Below are positions 42,957 through 56,560 of a stretch of DNA of 64,000 nt, one piece after another. The DNA is taken from contig CM052816.1 of NCBI GenBank assembly GCA_028534125.1, positions 67,706,001 to 67,770,000 of the forward strand, in the 5' to 3' direction. Both the position numbers and the translations under genes were made by a program. Every line of letters starts with the position of its first letter. Within the stretch, counting starts at the first letter, position 1. The stretch comes from Lama glama (Eukaryota). A model generated the notes under the pieces. The model ran no database searches and had not been told where the DNA came from. It saw only the letters and a list, made by a program, of their open reading frames with translations.

Positions 42957-45274
42957 CAAGCTGCCTGGCACCAAAATGTCATCCTGAAACTGCACCTCTG
43001 AAATTTTAACACATATCAACAGAGAAATCTGACTCACTTTGCAATAATGTATAACTTTTCATAAACACTTGTTCAGTAAGGCATGACTGCATATGCGATT
43101 ACAAAGGAAAAACTAAAGAGGTTTAAAAGTGGCAAATCTAACTTAGGAACTTTAAATCAAAGAGTTCAGCAGAATTTACAATATAGTACTGACTTCTAGA
43201 AATAGCCACATTTATGTTTAGTAGAATATCAATAATTCTTCATTGCAAAGGGACTAAAACATATTTTTTAAAAATCTCACAGAAGAGACAAAATGATTAT
43301 TCCAGACATAAGAAACAACATTTAGCACATTGAGAAAAAAGGGCAAACTGGGGAAACAAAAACGAGACCTTGGCACTGAATGGCTGGAGCAGGGTGTTCT
43401 GGAAGGGGAGCTGAGAGGGGAGCAGAGCCCATTATCAGGAGCTTCTGAGCTACAGTAAGGAGTCTGGACTTTATTGTGAGGATGAAGAAAAGGTTTCATG
43501 GACAGAAATGTCAAGATCGGCCCTGCATTGTAGAAGACTCGCTCTAACTGCGGTGTAGAGAAAAGACCAAGAGGACACGTCCGAAGGCGGGAGGCTGGTT
43601 AGGAAGAAGACCTGCAAGAACTGGGATGAGGTGACAGGTGTGACCCTGGGTTAGCAGTTGTGGGGGTGGATTCCAAGGCTAGCGGACAACTGGCAACAAG
43701 AGAACTGGAGACTGACTGGATGCTGAGGATGAGAAAGCCAGAGGAGGAAGAGCATACCAATTAGGGAGATGGTGGCAGGGATTACCAATGGCACCTCAAA
43801 GGACCAGGAGATGTGAAGGGGAGGATGGAGAAGCTGAGAAGGTCAGGGATTCAGTTTGGACACGTGATGTCTGCAGTACCTGGCAGAGCTGTACCTCCTG
43901 GAGAAACTATCCCAGAGACAGTTGGATGCAGGGTTCTGTCATTGAAGCCGAGACATTTAGGCACCAAAATATTAATAAGAATAATTCAGCAAAGATACAG
44001 CTAATAATCTTCCAGTATATCTTATTTTCTTTAGTAAATGACTTTCTTTAAGAATCTTTGTACAAAACTTGAAATGTAGTTATTTAGGAATTTAGACCCT
44101 TGTTGCAAGAATAAGATCTGAAATAAATGAATTCGGGAACTTTCAAATATTTGAAAATTTAGTATGTGATAAAGCAGATACTTTTCATCAATAAACAGTG
44201 CTGGGACACCTAGTCAATCATTTGGAGAAAATAAAGTTAGGGCCCTATGTCACCCTTAAACTTCTGATGGATCAGAGACTAAAGTATTTTTTTAAAACCT
44301 ATAAAAATATAATTAGAAAAGGCTGGATAATCTTGCAGTAGGGAAGAATAATAGCTATTACCTATACAGTGTTCACCATGCACTGTTTTAAGAACTGGCT
44401 CAAACACTGTCCTCACAACAACTCTGAAGTAGTACCTTTATTTTACAGTTGAAGAAACTCAAGTGCAAAGAAGTTAAGTAGCATCCCAGGTACCCTGCTT
44501 GATAGTAGTGAAACTCTGACTAGTACTCGGGCATCTGCACTACACAGCACTCCCTCCCTAGAGGGTCAGTCTGTAAGACCTGAACACAGGAATAATAAAA
44601 CAAAGAACTGAAATTTGAAGACATATTTAAAGCTTCTTTATGAAAAATACTATAACTGAAATTCATAAATCATAACACAAAAGTGGAGGAAAACAATTCC
44701 AATAATGTGAGAGCTAATATTCTAATATACAAAGGATGCTTAAAAATCAGTAAGAAAAACAATTCTCTCTCATGTGTGAAAGGAAATGCACAAAAGGAGC
44801 TTGGAATTTTTAATAAACACAACTTGTAATATGATGCTAAAAAGCTAAGAAATGCAAGTTAAAATAATAAATCATCTTTCATCCACCACATTAGCAAAAA
44901 TGTAAGTCTGATAACATCCAGCGTTGGCAAGAATGTGGGGCAATGCACACTAGCATGTACTGTGAGGTAAATGTACACTGGCACAATGTTTTACAAAGCA
45001 ATTTGGCTATATGATAAAATTTAAAAATATGCATATCCTTTGACTCGGCAGTTTCACTTCTGAATATTTACTTAACAAAGCCAAATGCACAAACGTATGA
45101 AAATGTATATACAATGGTAGTAACTGCAGCTTAATGTAACAACCAAAAAGCAAACAATATAAATGTCTAGAAACAGGAAACTGGTTAATGAGACGGCCGA
45201 ATAATGGGATAGGATGCAGTTATTAAAAATGGCAGCTCTACGTTCATCATTAAGGTAACTAATAAAATACTATT

Positions 45275-45413
45275 GGGGAGGGTATAGCTCAGTGGTAGAG
45301 TGTGTGCTTAGCATGCATGAGGTCCTGGGTTCAATCCCCAGTACCTCCCTTAAAAAGGTGAACAAGTAAAACTTAATTACTTTCCTCCAAAAAAAAAAAC
45401 CAAAAAAACTTAG
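45275..45413 (+). mobile_element. tRNA-Ala-derived SINE (camelid Vic-1-like)
   Basis: ggggagggtatagctcagtggtagag (A box)...cttagcatg (AGC anticodon remnant)...gggttcaatcccc (B box), A-rich tail, flanking tactatt repeats at 45268-45274 and 45418-45424. Confidence 0.88.
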
Positions 45414-45996
45414 AAACTACTATTAAGAAAAAAGCAAACTGTACAGCAGTCTATGTAATACGGTCCTTTGTTAAATGATAAATACATAAATATTTAAAAA
45501 ATTGTTGTTTCTTTCAAAAGGATTGTCTAATTATTTTATTAATGAAGTTTAATTCTATAAATTCTGAATCCCAGAAAAATCATAAGGACTTGTATAGGTG
45601 CCAGTGTACCACAATAATTGAAACATTTTCAAAATTCAAAATAAATTTAGATTAAAACACTAAAACTTTTTTCAAGAATATTAATATCTATATTAATATG
45701 TCACATCTTTTTTACAATCCAAGGTTCAGTGAAAAACAATTACCCATGAAGAATTTAAGAATACCAACTGAAATCCAGAAAATCCAATTAATTATTTTGA
45801 AAGAGAAAAAAGAAGAAATGTGAAACATCTGTGTCAAAACACTCAACATCTTAGAGCATGTAAACATTAAAAATACTTTCACAAGTAGCCATTTTATTAA
45901 ACTGAAAACCCTGCAGTAATTAAATAATTTGGTCAATGGTACAAAGCTGGAGATTACTGTCTGACTCCTCAGTCTAGCCAGGAAAAGGGTGGTACA

Positions 45997-46028
45997 TGGT
46001 GGTGGTGGTGGTGGTGGTGGTGGTGGTG
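45997..46028. repeat. (TGG)10 trinucleotide repeat
   Basis: Directly visible. Confidence 0.95.
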
Positions 46029-47479
46029 ATTAACTATTAAGCGTTTTTTTTTAAATGCAAGGTATAAAACAACTCAGGCCAACAAATAAAGAAGAAAGAT
46101 TTTCCCACACAGCCAGTCCACAAGACGTTTCTAATGAGCAGCATGTGATTTTATGTAATTCTAAAGAATGCTTCATTTATTCAGCATCATCAAAGCTACA
46201 GGACCACCTCTTCCAGATAATTTAGATGTTTACCCCTCTGAGGATTGAAATACTTTCTACAACTATCATGGATAGAAATCTTCCTTAACACATTAGAAGC
46301 TTTCTAACTTAGTTCACTGAGTAGATGGAAACACGATAACCTTGCAGTAACAAGCCACAGTCGTCACCACATAAAGAACAAAACCAGTCATATAAACTTG
46401 ATCACTCTCATTTTACAGATAAGGAAACTGATGCTCAAAAAGCAATGTTGGAAAGTGCTGTGATTTAATAAATTTATCATCTTAGAGGCCAGGTATGTGG
46501 AACTGAACGTTCCAACACCAGGTGGCCCCCAGTTGCAATATTTAATGTCCTCTTCTCTCTTCCTCTCTCCTCCCTTCTCTGTCAGGTCTCTACCTATATT
46601 CTGCCTTCAGGGAACTATTCTCTTGCTCACACTGGTAGCCCTTCTAATTGGCTGCTTTTAACTGCTGAGTATTAGGGACACCGAATGGAAAAGACTGCAA
46701 GAATAATAATTTAAATAAATGTCAGCGAATCCTGAATGAGTACCCTTGGAACTCCTCTTAAGTGTAAAATCAAAGAACTTCAAAGCGCAGATTTTGTTAC
46801 AGGCCCTTTGGCAGCTAAGAGCCTTTTTCTCTTACTTCTTAGTGCTAAACCATGTTCTAGATAAGGGAGGCTGCCAGGTATAGTTACCACCAGTAAACTT
46901 TAAAACGTTTTCTGTTACCAGGGTTCCTGGCTCCTGAAATCTCATATAGTACGTGCCTAGCAAATCTTTTCTTTAATGCAAATGTGAACTATTTATCCCA
47001 AGTTGAATTATTATCAATAACACAAATTAATATATTTTGGATACCCTAAAAATGGTACCCTAAGTTTGGATCACATTCTGAGAACTTGAAAAAAGGAATC
47101 ATTAAATTAATGCATAACACCTTCATCTGTATATTTACTCACACAGAAGTGCACACGCACACTCAACTTCCTAGTAACAGCCGAAGAAATACACACACAC
47201 AGCAGACACTTCTCCCTGTGGTAGATCATCACGCAATAGAGCTATTTCTTCTGTACCACATTAAGCTGTCCTCCTTCACCTGAGGTACCTGGTGTGTCTA
47301 ATAGTCCAGATACCTCCCAGTGAATCTATCGCAAACTGACAATGTGGAAACATCAACCATCTAGGCTTTTGCCATCTAACCCCATCGCAGCTAGGTCCTA
47401 GACTAACTACATCTGACCAGGCAAAAAAAAGATGACCCACTAGGTTGAACTTGCCATGTCATTATTACCCTCACCTATT

Positions 47480-48500
47480 TATTTAACAAACATTTCCAGA
47501 GTGTCTACTTGCTAGGTGCTGGGTCCCTACCCTATCGCAGGCTCTGCCCACTCAGGTCTTATAGTTTCCTGGGGAAGGCAGCTAGTCACCAAATAAGATA
47601 AATGTAAAATCTCAACACTGACAGTAGGAGCACGGTGCTACAAAGCCGGTCTAGGAAATCAGAGAAAGAAGGCTTCCCTGAGGAAGAAGCATCAGTGAGC
47701 AAAGATCTCAACACTGAGAAGTGACTCAGGACTGGGGAAAGTGCTCCCAGCAGAGGGAGCATGCCATGCCCGCCAAGGCCCTAGGGCAGGAGGTGGTGTG
47801 CTGAGTCTGAGGAAATGAAAGAAGGCAATCCTGCAGAACAAGGGCGAATGTGATCTGAGATGGGCCTGGAGAGGCAGGCAGGGGCCAGGCCAGGGAGGGG
47901 CTCCAAAGGACATGCTAAGGATTCTGTGGTCTTGATCCAAATGGAAAGCATTTGAAAATTTAAAAAATCAATTTACTTTTTTGAAGGAAAATTGTTATAA
48001 TCAGATTTACATTTAAAAATGATCACTCTGGCCACATAATATGGAGAACAGATTGGAACAAAGAAACTAGGAGACAGGGAGCAAGTTAGAAGGCTACTAC
48101 ATTAGTCCAAATGAGAGATCATGGAAGCCTGGACTAGGGATGTGATAACAGGTCAAATCACCAGCCTCTGATGATGAACTGAGTAAGTCCTAGGTTCTGC
48201 TTCTGCCATTTCATGAGCAGGGAACTTGTTAGTAAGACAAGGTGTAGGGAAAATCCTGTTTGGTTTTAGATATCTGAGTATGGATGTGTCATGTAGACAG
48301 TTAGGTGTGGTGTTTAGGAAAGGTCATGGCTAAGAAAATAAACTCTGCAATAATTTGTGAATGGCCAACGATTGATCTAAAGGCATTAATGATGGGGGCG
48401 GGGGTGGAGGAGACAGAATGACAGAAGGCCTAGGCCTGAGGATATTCTAATAATTAACATTCAAGAGGATGATGAGGAGCCATCAAGGAAGGGTCACCAG
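47480..48500 (-). mobile_element. L2 fragment(s); a similar L2 remnant lies at ~43300-43950
   Basis: tttatttaacaaacattt...gaaggcttccctgaggaag...aaaatgatcactctggc...gcaagttagaaggctact...tagtccaaatgagagat, typical of antisense L2. Boundaries approximate. Confidence 0.65.
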
Positions 48501-51500
48501 GGTGAAGAAGAAAATCAGGACGGCTCACCTATCAGCCCAGATAACTAGACACTCAAATGCCAGAAACTCAATTTTCTCAGTATTTGACAGTGTACACATG
48601 ACTCCAATTACTTTGTAACTACACAGTTATTAAACTAATTATTGTAAAGTTTACATTATATAAAATTGATCAAAATTAACCACTACTTGCTAAATACCAA
48701 CTACTGCTACTAAACATCAAGCAATGCACAAAAACTCTTAGCAGTTCCTGCCTTCAAAACTTGCCTTAAGTTAGACTATGATTAAAATCCCATCACAGTA
48801 AGTGGTAAATTATGAGTTAGTGTATCTTCCAATACATTTATTTAACAATAACCATTTTGGGAAAATTAATTCATCCCAACACTCATGGGCACCCAATATT
48901 CATGGGTGCGTGACATTAGTCTAGGTGCTAGACAATGACATAAAGAATAAACAGTTCTTTGTTAGCAATTGATATTTAGTACTCAGAATGCTGTAAGACC
49001 AGTTATAGGATTGGTTGATTCTATTATCAGTTAAATGATTGTTCGTTCAGGCAATAAAGAAACATAATGGTCATGTCTGTCTGTCAAGAGTATAACCTCC
49101 ACCCACCACCCAGTATCTGCCCTCTCCTCACTCCACATACACTTATCATCATGCTTACATGTGATAAACTTAGTTAGCGCACTAACTACAGCCCCGTGTA
49201 AGCTCCAGGCACTTCCTCCAGTCTTCAAGAGGTCCGAGGGTTTCATTAATAATTCCCAAGTGACAGACTGTACTTTCAGAAATACACGCTTGGTGGGTCT
49301 TAAGAACGTAACAATTCTTGGCAGTCTACAACCACTCAATGTATTAAACCAAACTAACCAGACCAGTATTTCAAAGGCCTCAATCACTAACAGTACAGAA
49401 CTTCTTTCCATACCAAACATACCTAAACCAACCAGGATATGCCATAGAGTAAATGAAGACCAGGATATCTTCTTGATTATCTTACACCCTAGAGCATATT
49501 TTACATCTCCCAATGTTGTTTTCTTAACTAGCTGAGTTGCTGTTACTAATAATAAAAGACTAAATTTTAAAATCAGCCTTGGCAGACACTGAGTTTCTTG
49601 CTCCCATACCCTCATTTTAATGTTTTCTTTCAAAACAGAAAAAAAATCACATCTGAACCTGCAATTCTACATTATTTCTCTTAAAGAGTACAGGCAGAAA
49701 TAGTCTGAAACTAATCTGTATCTAAATTCCTTTTTCCATTGCTGTGGAAATGGAAAAGCTACAGCATATATCTGTCCTAAGAAAAGTGAAAGAGACCAAA
49801 GGAAAGGAGCAAAAACTAGGAGACCAAATGTATAAGCAGAAAGCAGAACAAAGCCACCACCCTTAACTGCTAACCTGGAAAGTCCATTAATCCCTCAGGA
49901 AGTTAGGGAGGCATGACTACTCACTGCAGGAATACAGTGTGGAATGTTGTGGGTGAGATTCAGAGCACTGATTTTTAATCTGGGTGCCCTTCCATATTCC
50001 CATCTCTCTTACAGCACTTAACATGGTATTGTGAAACATGTTCGTACTACAATCTGCCAACAGAAACAGAGGCTGTGCCCTGGTAATATTTTTCTCTATC
50101 ACCCAGACCATCACCTTGCAGAGGTTCATAAATGTTGAATGACTGAAATCTGAGACAGTAACAAAGGGGCAGGGCCCAGCTATACTGGAATAGTTTCTCT
50201 CCATGTATGATAATTAAGATGAATAAGTGATGCTGATTTCAGCTTCTCTATCTCCTTCCACTTATGATGTAAACAGCATAAATCAGGAAATCTAAGAAAC
50301 ACCCAGCACTAATCAATTGTTCTTCTTGCCTAACATAATAAGGTGATCTAAGTACAAGTCATTTATTCTCTTTGTTTAACATGATGAGATGATCCAAGCA
50401 GTTTACCTGTATTACATGTACAAGGCCAGGTTACAGAAAGCTATGTACACATCAGATACACATACAGAAAGATACGCACACACACACAGAAAGCTATATA
50501 CCCATTAGGGGACAAACACTGGCAACAGCATTTGAGAGGTTTTGAGATCTCTCAATCTCTTATTGACTCCTGCGGAACAACCTCCTCCTTCAAAATCATC
50601 AATTAATCTGATTATTAATTTGAAAAAGAAAATGGAAGCAGCAGAGAATGGTGGAAAGAAAGGGAGACCGACTTGGGTTTGAATCCTAGCAAGTCTTCTG
50701 GTTGTGTGATCATGGGGCTTTAGCATCACACAAGAGTTTCCACCTCTTGAAAACAGAAATTACAATGCACTGGAAGGCTGCAGTGATGATGAAATGAAAT
50801 AATACATATACAACTTGTCTGACACACAGAAAGCAAGAAAAGTGACGATATAAAAGGTATTTAAACATATCTATATGCTCAATGAACATGTTTTAGCCAC
50901 AGTTAACATTCTCTTAGATTCTTGCAATAAGAACACTCAACTCGTCTCACTGCTTTGCAATGAACCATTTACTTTAATTCTGTTCCTGATGATTTCTTTC
51001 ACATTTAAAAATGTTCTTAAATTATTTCTTAAAGATATCTTGGGTTGATTCCTAATACTGCACATTTCCTCACACTAGTCTTCTACCCATTTACAGTTTT
51101 AAGTAGGTGTAATTTTGGACTTAGGATATGAAAAGAGGCCAGGACTGAGGAAAACAACCAAGTCTAAGGAATATACCTGGTATGTTTGATACAGCAAAGC
51201 ATCTAAGGTTATGAGGGCAATACAGCACAGCTCTTAGGCAGCCTCTGGAGACTATTACTTTTCCATGCCACGTTCTCCTGTTGCCTTCATAGAGAAATAA
51301 TCCTCAAGCCAAGAAAATGGAATACGAAATGCAAAAGTTGTGCCTTCTAACTCAGAGCACACCTAAATGCCCTATATTTTTCCTTAGGGGAATCCACTCC
51401 CCACTAACAGCCTTGCCGCCCCATCATTTCTTCTGGAATGCTCACAGCAACTGTCAAGGCTGATCAGCAGACAACCTAGGCAAGCTGTAGCTGGTTCTTC

Positions 51501-53899
51501 TGCTCTTGTTGAAAGCAAAGAACACTCCTTTCATTCCACATTTTGAAATCTTTAAGTTGATAAGTCCGGTGACCATTTCTAAAACATGCAACATATGCTT
51601 GAGGTGCTACAGAAGATGTAAAAGAATACCAATGAACAGGGCTACTTCCTGTTTTTTGTATCTAACAAAATGGAGTTATTATAGTGTATTGGAAATAATA
51701 TATTAAGGAATGTTGGTTAACCAGTCACTCTTGCCAGAACCAGATATGAAAAGAAAACAAATGTTGGCAACAATTCTAGCTCTGATATTTCTCTTTCAGA
51801 ATTATATTTAATAAGGTTAATCTTTGAAGAATGCATTAATTTTCTTACCTGTTTTAAAATAGAACTTGGAGACAATTCATAACAACAAAACTTACACATT
51901 CATGTAAAACTAACTTATGTAACTACCTCTATTGTTTTATAAAATCCCCAACTTAATTTTTTTTAATCTTATTTTGGGATAATAATGTTCCTATACCTCC
52001 TCTAGTAAATAGTCATTAAATTATATTTTCAATCTAGTAGCTTCAAAAAGGAAGTGAAAGCTGAGGGCTATATGAGGTTATAAAAGCAGCCTATGAAATA
52101 GCTTTAGTTTTAAACAAAAACTAACATTAACAAGTACAGCATATCTTGTTCTTTCATGGGGCCAGCAAATTGATAGTTAGGTTTTTTTAAGTTACAAAAA
52201 TAGGATGGAGTAATTATATCTACCAAACTCACAATAGCCTGTTCAATGGAGAGTAACACTGTAATTTCTCTTCAAAGACAGTAAATAGGAAGAAAAAGCC
52301 CCTAATTCTGTAATATAAGGAAAAATTCCAAGCCCTTGGGCGCCACTTACAGGCAAAAGACTTTCACTGATTTCAGTTATTACCCTGAAAAAGATGGATG
52401 GACTTAAAATCTTCTGTTTTTAATATGAGTATTATATATATAATTTATGCTACAAAAAATGTATTTTCAACAATTCCAATTTCTACATCCAAAGATCAAA
52501 AACTGAAGGAAATTATGAAATTTTAAAAATCATCCATTTCTCTTTCAAAAATACAACAGGTCTTTAAATATGGAACTCCAGACTCATACCAGTGAAAATA
52601 AAAAAAAAATTCAAAACCTCAATGTTAGATTTTCCTCCTGAAAAGTAGGAATGTAACTACTGTCAAAAAAGTAAAACGTAAAGTTCAATTGAGATTTTAT
52701 TAAACTGCTTATAATCAGTGTTTATACCAATAAATTCAAATGAATTTCAACCCCACTGACAAGAAAATTGAAAAAAATCACTATTTCAAAAGGATAGGGA
52801 GTCAACATTTTACTATACATTTTACTATATTTTATTATAGTAAAACAAAATATTATTTACAGTATTTTACATTCTATAAAAGGTTATGACATTTGGGGTG
52901 AAAAAACAGCATTCTGGCTAGTGAAATTCATTAAAAAAATTATGCTGATTAACCCATTATTTCATACACTGTGCAATTATAATCCACCTCTTAAACAAAG
53001 AGGAGGGGAGTCTAAATTATAAAATGCAAAACTTAAGCATGTATTACTCAGTCCCTGAATTCTATCTGCTTCCATCTTCGTCCTTATTTTGAGTGGAGAC
53101 AACACTGAATGTCTATACATTAAATTTACAGGGATCCTTCTTTTACTGTAGTCTGCTCATTAAGATGACTAGAATGCTGACACTTGCTAAATTATTTACC
53201 GTATCCAAAAAAACTGGTCTCATGAGAATAGATGAAATTGATTTTTCAAATTTGGGGTTTAATATTTTTATCTGGAGCTCATTTGTAGCAACAACTGAGT
53301 GCAAAATTTACTCTAGTCAAATTTTAATACAATGTGCACAGAAGCAGTAAAGTGTAGCGGAACTAACTCTTGTAAGACTAAGTTACATATACAGGTGCAC
53401 ACAGAAAACTGTAACAGTCACAAATCTCCTTGCCTCTCAATATTGCCATGGCACAGTGCTGACCATATTTTTAGGATTTTTGTTTGTGGGAGGAGGGAAA
53501 GGGGCAACTTCCAAGTAATCAACGAACTATAGTTTTAAACAAATAAGTAATCAATTTCCCCCAAAGGTGCCGAATCTCTTTAGATAATTAGCCAAAACCA
53601 ATGATTTCCTACTGTCAAATTCGTCTCACAAGGGAAACATACATAAAGCAGTCCTTAAAGTTCTCAGAATAAGTCAGGAAACTCTAGAGAGCAACGGGTG
53701 ACTATCACAAAAACATTTCCAACTCAAAATACCCATTAAGCCTGTGCTTTGCATACACTAGTCAGATTTTTTTCAAAACAAGGATTACGGATGTCACACT
53801 TAAAAGAATTTCCTTAAACATAAAAATTTCCAATTGCCACAAAAGGGTCAGGCCAGGAACTGTTGGTCTGAGCTACCTTACAAATACCGTAATGCATGA

Positions 53900-56560
53900 T
53901 GCAGCACAGGACTGTCTGAGCCGGAGCCCACGGCACTGAGTCCCCTGGAATCCGGCAGTCGGCCGCCCGCCCGCGCAGCTGCACGGAGCAGGAAGCACCG
54001 CACCCGCGCCGCCGTCCCCAACCACGCCGGAGAGGCTGCGGGGAGCAGTCCCCACCGCTTTGAAACTGAATGGCTGACACATCCGGTCCTGGCTCTTACA
54101 CCACTCCGCCAAATGCAAACTTCAAAGGCCAAATTCAAACTCCAAACAGAAGTCACTCAAGTCTCAGTGGTGCAGTCCGCACTCCCAAGAACACTTGAAG
54201 CCCCACTGGGGGACGCAATCAGAAAACCTCATGTCCTAAAAGACCGCAAGCCCAGCGGGTTTGCAGCCCGTCAGCCCGCAAAGCTTTTGACAGACGTTAC
54301 GGAGACATCCACCAGGAGCTCCCTGCGGCCAAGCTCCGGGAGCGCCGCCTTCGTCCCGGCCGGGATCCCAGTACCTGCCGAGCGGCTCTGCCTGTCACGG
54401 CCGCGGGGACCGCGCTGCTTTCTCCGCTGCCCTCCGGGCCCCCGCTCGGCCTCGGGCTCGGCTCTCCACCTACCCCGCCCCTTTTTTGACCACCGCCCGC
54501 CTGCAGGCTCTGGCCTCACCTCCGGTGCCCCCCGGGACTCTCGTCTGCGGTCGCCGCCGCCGCACTGCTCCCCGCCCCCTATCCCGGCCTGGAGGCAGCA
54601 CCAAGGTTCCGCGCCGGGGCTCCTCAGAGAGCCCCGATTCTGGGAGCCCCACAAAGCCAGCCCGGGCCCCCACACCTTATCTCAACTGGTCCTCGCAGCG
54701 CGGCTTGCACGCCTGTCACATGTCTGCAAACAATAACAAACTCTCCGGCACGTCCCCGCCGCGGGCCCCCGTCCCGTCCCCCAGGCCAGGTCCGGGGCGC
54801 CGCCCGACGCCCATGGGGTTGAAGGGGGTGCCGAAGGACTTGGGTCCAGGCGAGCAGCGCGCAGCCTCGCTGCGCAGATCCCCGGGACTACGTGCGCGGT
54901 GCCCAGGGTTCATTCATTGCCCTCACCCGCCCGCCTCTGAAGTCTCCACCGCGCCCCCAGCCGCGCTGCTCACCCGGCGAGGGCCACCGCAGGAGGCGGC
55001 TCGGCGGCGGGCGTCCGCTTCTCCCCGGGCTCGGCCCCCGCGGGGCTCGGGGCGCCGCTGTCCACTGCGGCCGCCGGTTCGGCAGGGTGGGCGCCGCCGC
55101 GGTTCGCGGCTCCGTGGGACGGCGGCACCGCCGCTGGCTGGAAACCGCTCCCGCCCGCCACCGCGTCCGCGGGCTCCGGCGACGGGGAAGTGGAGGAGGA
55201 CGGCGGCGAGGCAGCGAGGAAAAGCGGCGGCTCCGGCAGCTGGTCCAGCTCCACACTCCGCACTTTGCGCAGCTGCCGCCGCCGCCAGTCCGCCCGCTCG
55301 CGGCCCCCGCTGCCCGCCTCCCGCAGCAGTCCGGCTGCTGCCGCGGGCGCGCTGCTCGCCTTGAGGGCCCCTCCGCCACCGCCCTTTTCGGGGCTCGCCG
55401 CCCCGGCGCCCGGGAATCCCGACGACGAGGCGCGATTCCCCGCCGCCGCCGCCATTTTCTCTCGCGGGCTACATTCGCTCGGCCCCTGCGAGGGAGGGAG
55501 GGGGCGGGGAGAGTGCAGGGGGCGGGCGGACGGGCGGGCGCTGCGCCTCCAGCGTAGGGCCGCCTGCGCCAACTGCGTGAGCGCGGCCCTTCGGGCGCCT
55601 GGCCTGGACTGACGGGCGGGCGCAAGGGGTTCCGCCGCAGGGTATCGCGAGCGGCAGGTGGAGGGGGCGGAGCCGCGCGTCCGCCGGCGAGGTGGGCTCG
55701 GACGTGGCCGACGCGGGGGCGCCTCGGGCTTAGTGCACCGCACCCGCCGCGCCGCCAGGTAGTCCCGGGCTGCACCGGCGGGAGGAGGAGCCTTGGCGGT
55801 GGCCGCGCCGCTTCCTCTCCGCTGCAATCTCGGCCCGGCTCGGCCGGAGCTCACCCAACGGGAGTTGCAGTTCGAACTTAGGTGTGTGGTGGGTTGAAGG
55901 GACAGCAGGCGAGAGGGTTTGCAGTCTGTCATTCGCACAGCCCTTTGCAGTGGGCGTCGGGGAACCCGGGCGCGGACCAACCCCTCCGGTTCCCCCTCCG
56001 CGCGGGACGCGCAGGTGGCGCCCTGGGCTGTCGCCTGCTGCAAAGCGAAAGGAACCCAAGGTTCAGCAGGCGTGCTGCCGCGGACCAAAAGATAGTTTTT
56101 TTTTTAAAAAAAGCCTTCCTCCTCTTTTGCCCCCGTACTCTCAACTCGTGCTACAAATAAAACAAAAGTTTCCTGCATTATCTTGTTCATAACCTGAAGT
56201 CACAGATTTGGGACCCCTCTCTCACCCCGTACCCCGCCCCCGGCTCGAGATAGAACCGAGGGCTCGGGGAATCTCTGAAGATCTTTATTTTTGATTTCGC
56301 TGTATTTTGGGAAAGCAGCGATATTCAGGACTACATAGCGCACGTTTGGGGAAGGAACCAGGAAGTGCTCGATATTGTCATCCTCTGCCAGGTTCTGACC
56401 CTCCCCGAATCCTATGCCTCTAGCTGCACGTCCGTCTTCCCGGCAGGGCTGGGCCACCGTCTGGGTTCCCTCCGCCCCCACCCCTGCTGTGCCCGAGTGG
56501 CCTATGTGTCGATGCGAACCCTTCCAGTCCCTGGGGGCGTGTGGCGATAACGTGCTTTGG
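53900..56560. promoter_or_regulatory. CpG island / MAP3K1 promoter and 5' UTR
   Basis: Abrupt switch to very GC- and CpG-rich sequence spanning exon 1. GC boxes at 55501 (ggggcgggg) and ~55663 (gggggcggag). No obvious TATA box. Boundaries approximate. Confidence 0.9.
54974..55455 (-). CDS. MAP3K1: MAP3K1 coding exon 1 (482 nt, Ala/Pro/Gly-rich N-terminus)
   Basis: ATG at 55455 in strong Kozak context (gaaaATGg). Encodes [13 protein letters not shown]...PPAVALAG. Donor GG|gtgagc, phase 2. Confidence 0.96.

Noticed and set aside
45275..45348. Apparent tRNA-Ala gene (also at 62254)
   Set aside because: Extended 5' end, SINE tail, flanking direct repeats and a second diverged copy indicate a tRNA-derived SINE.
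49031..49633. 200-aa minus-strand ORF with an overlapping 124-aa plus-strand ORF in intron 1
   Set aside because: No recognisable domain, non-ATG starts, and no retrocopy hallmarks (poly(A), TSD). Treated as chance; a BLASTP/PhyloCSF check would settle it.
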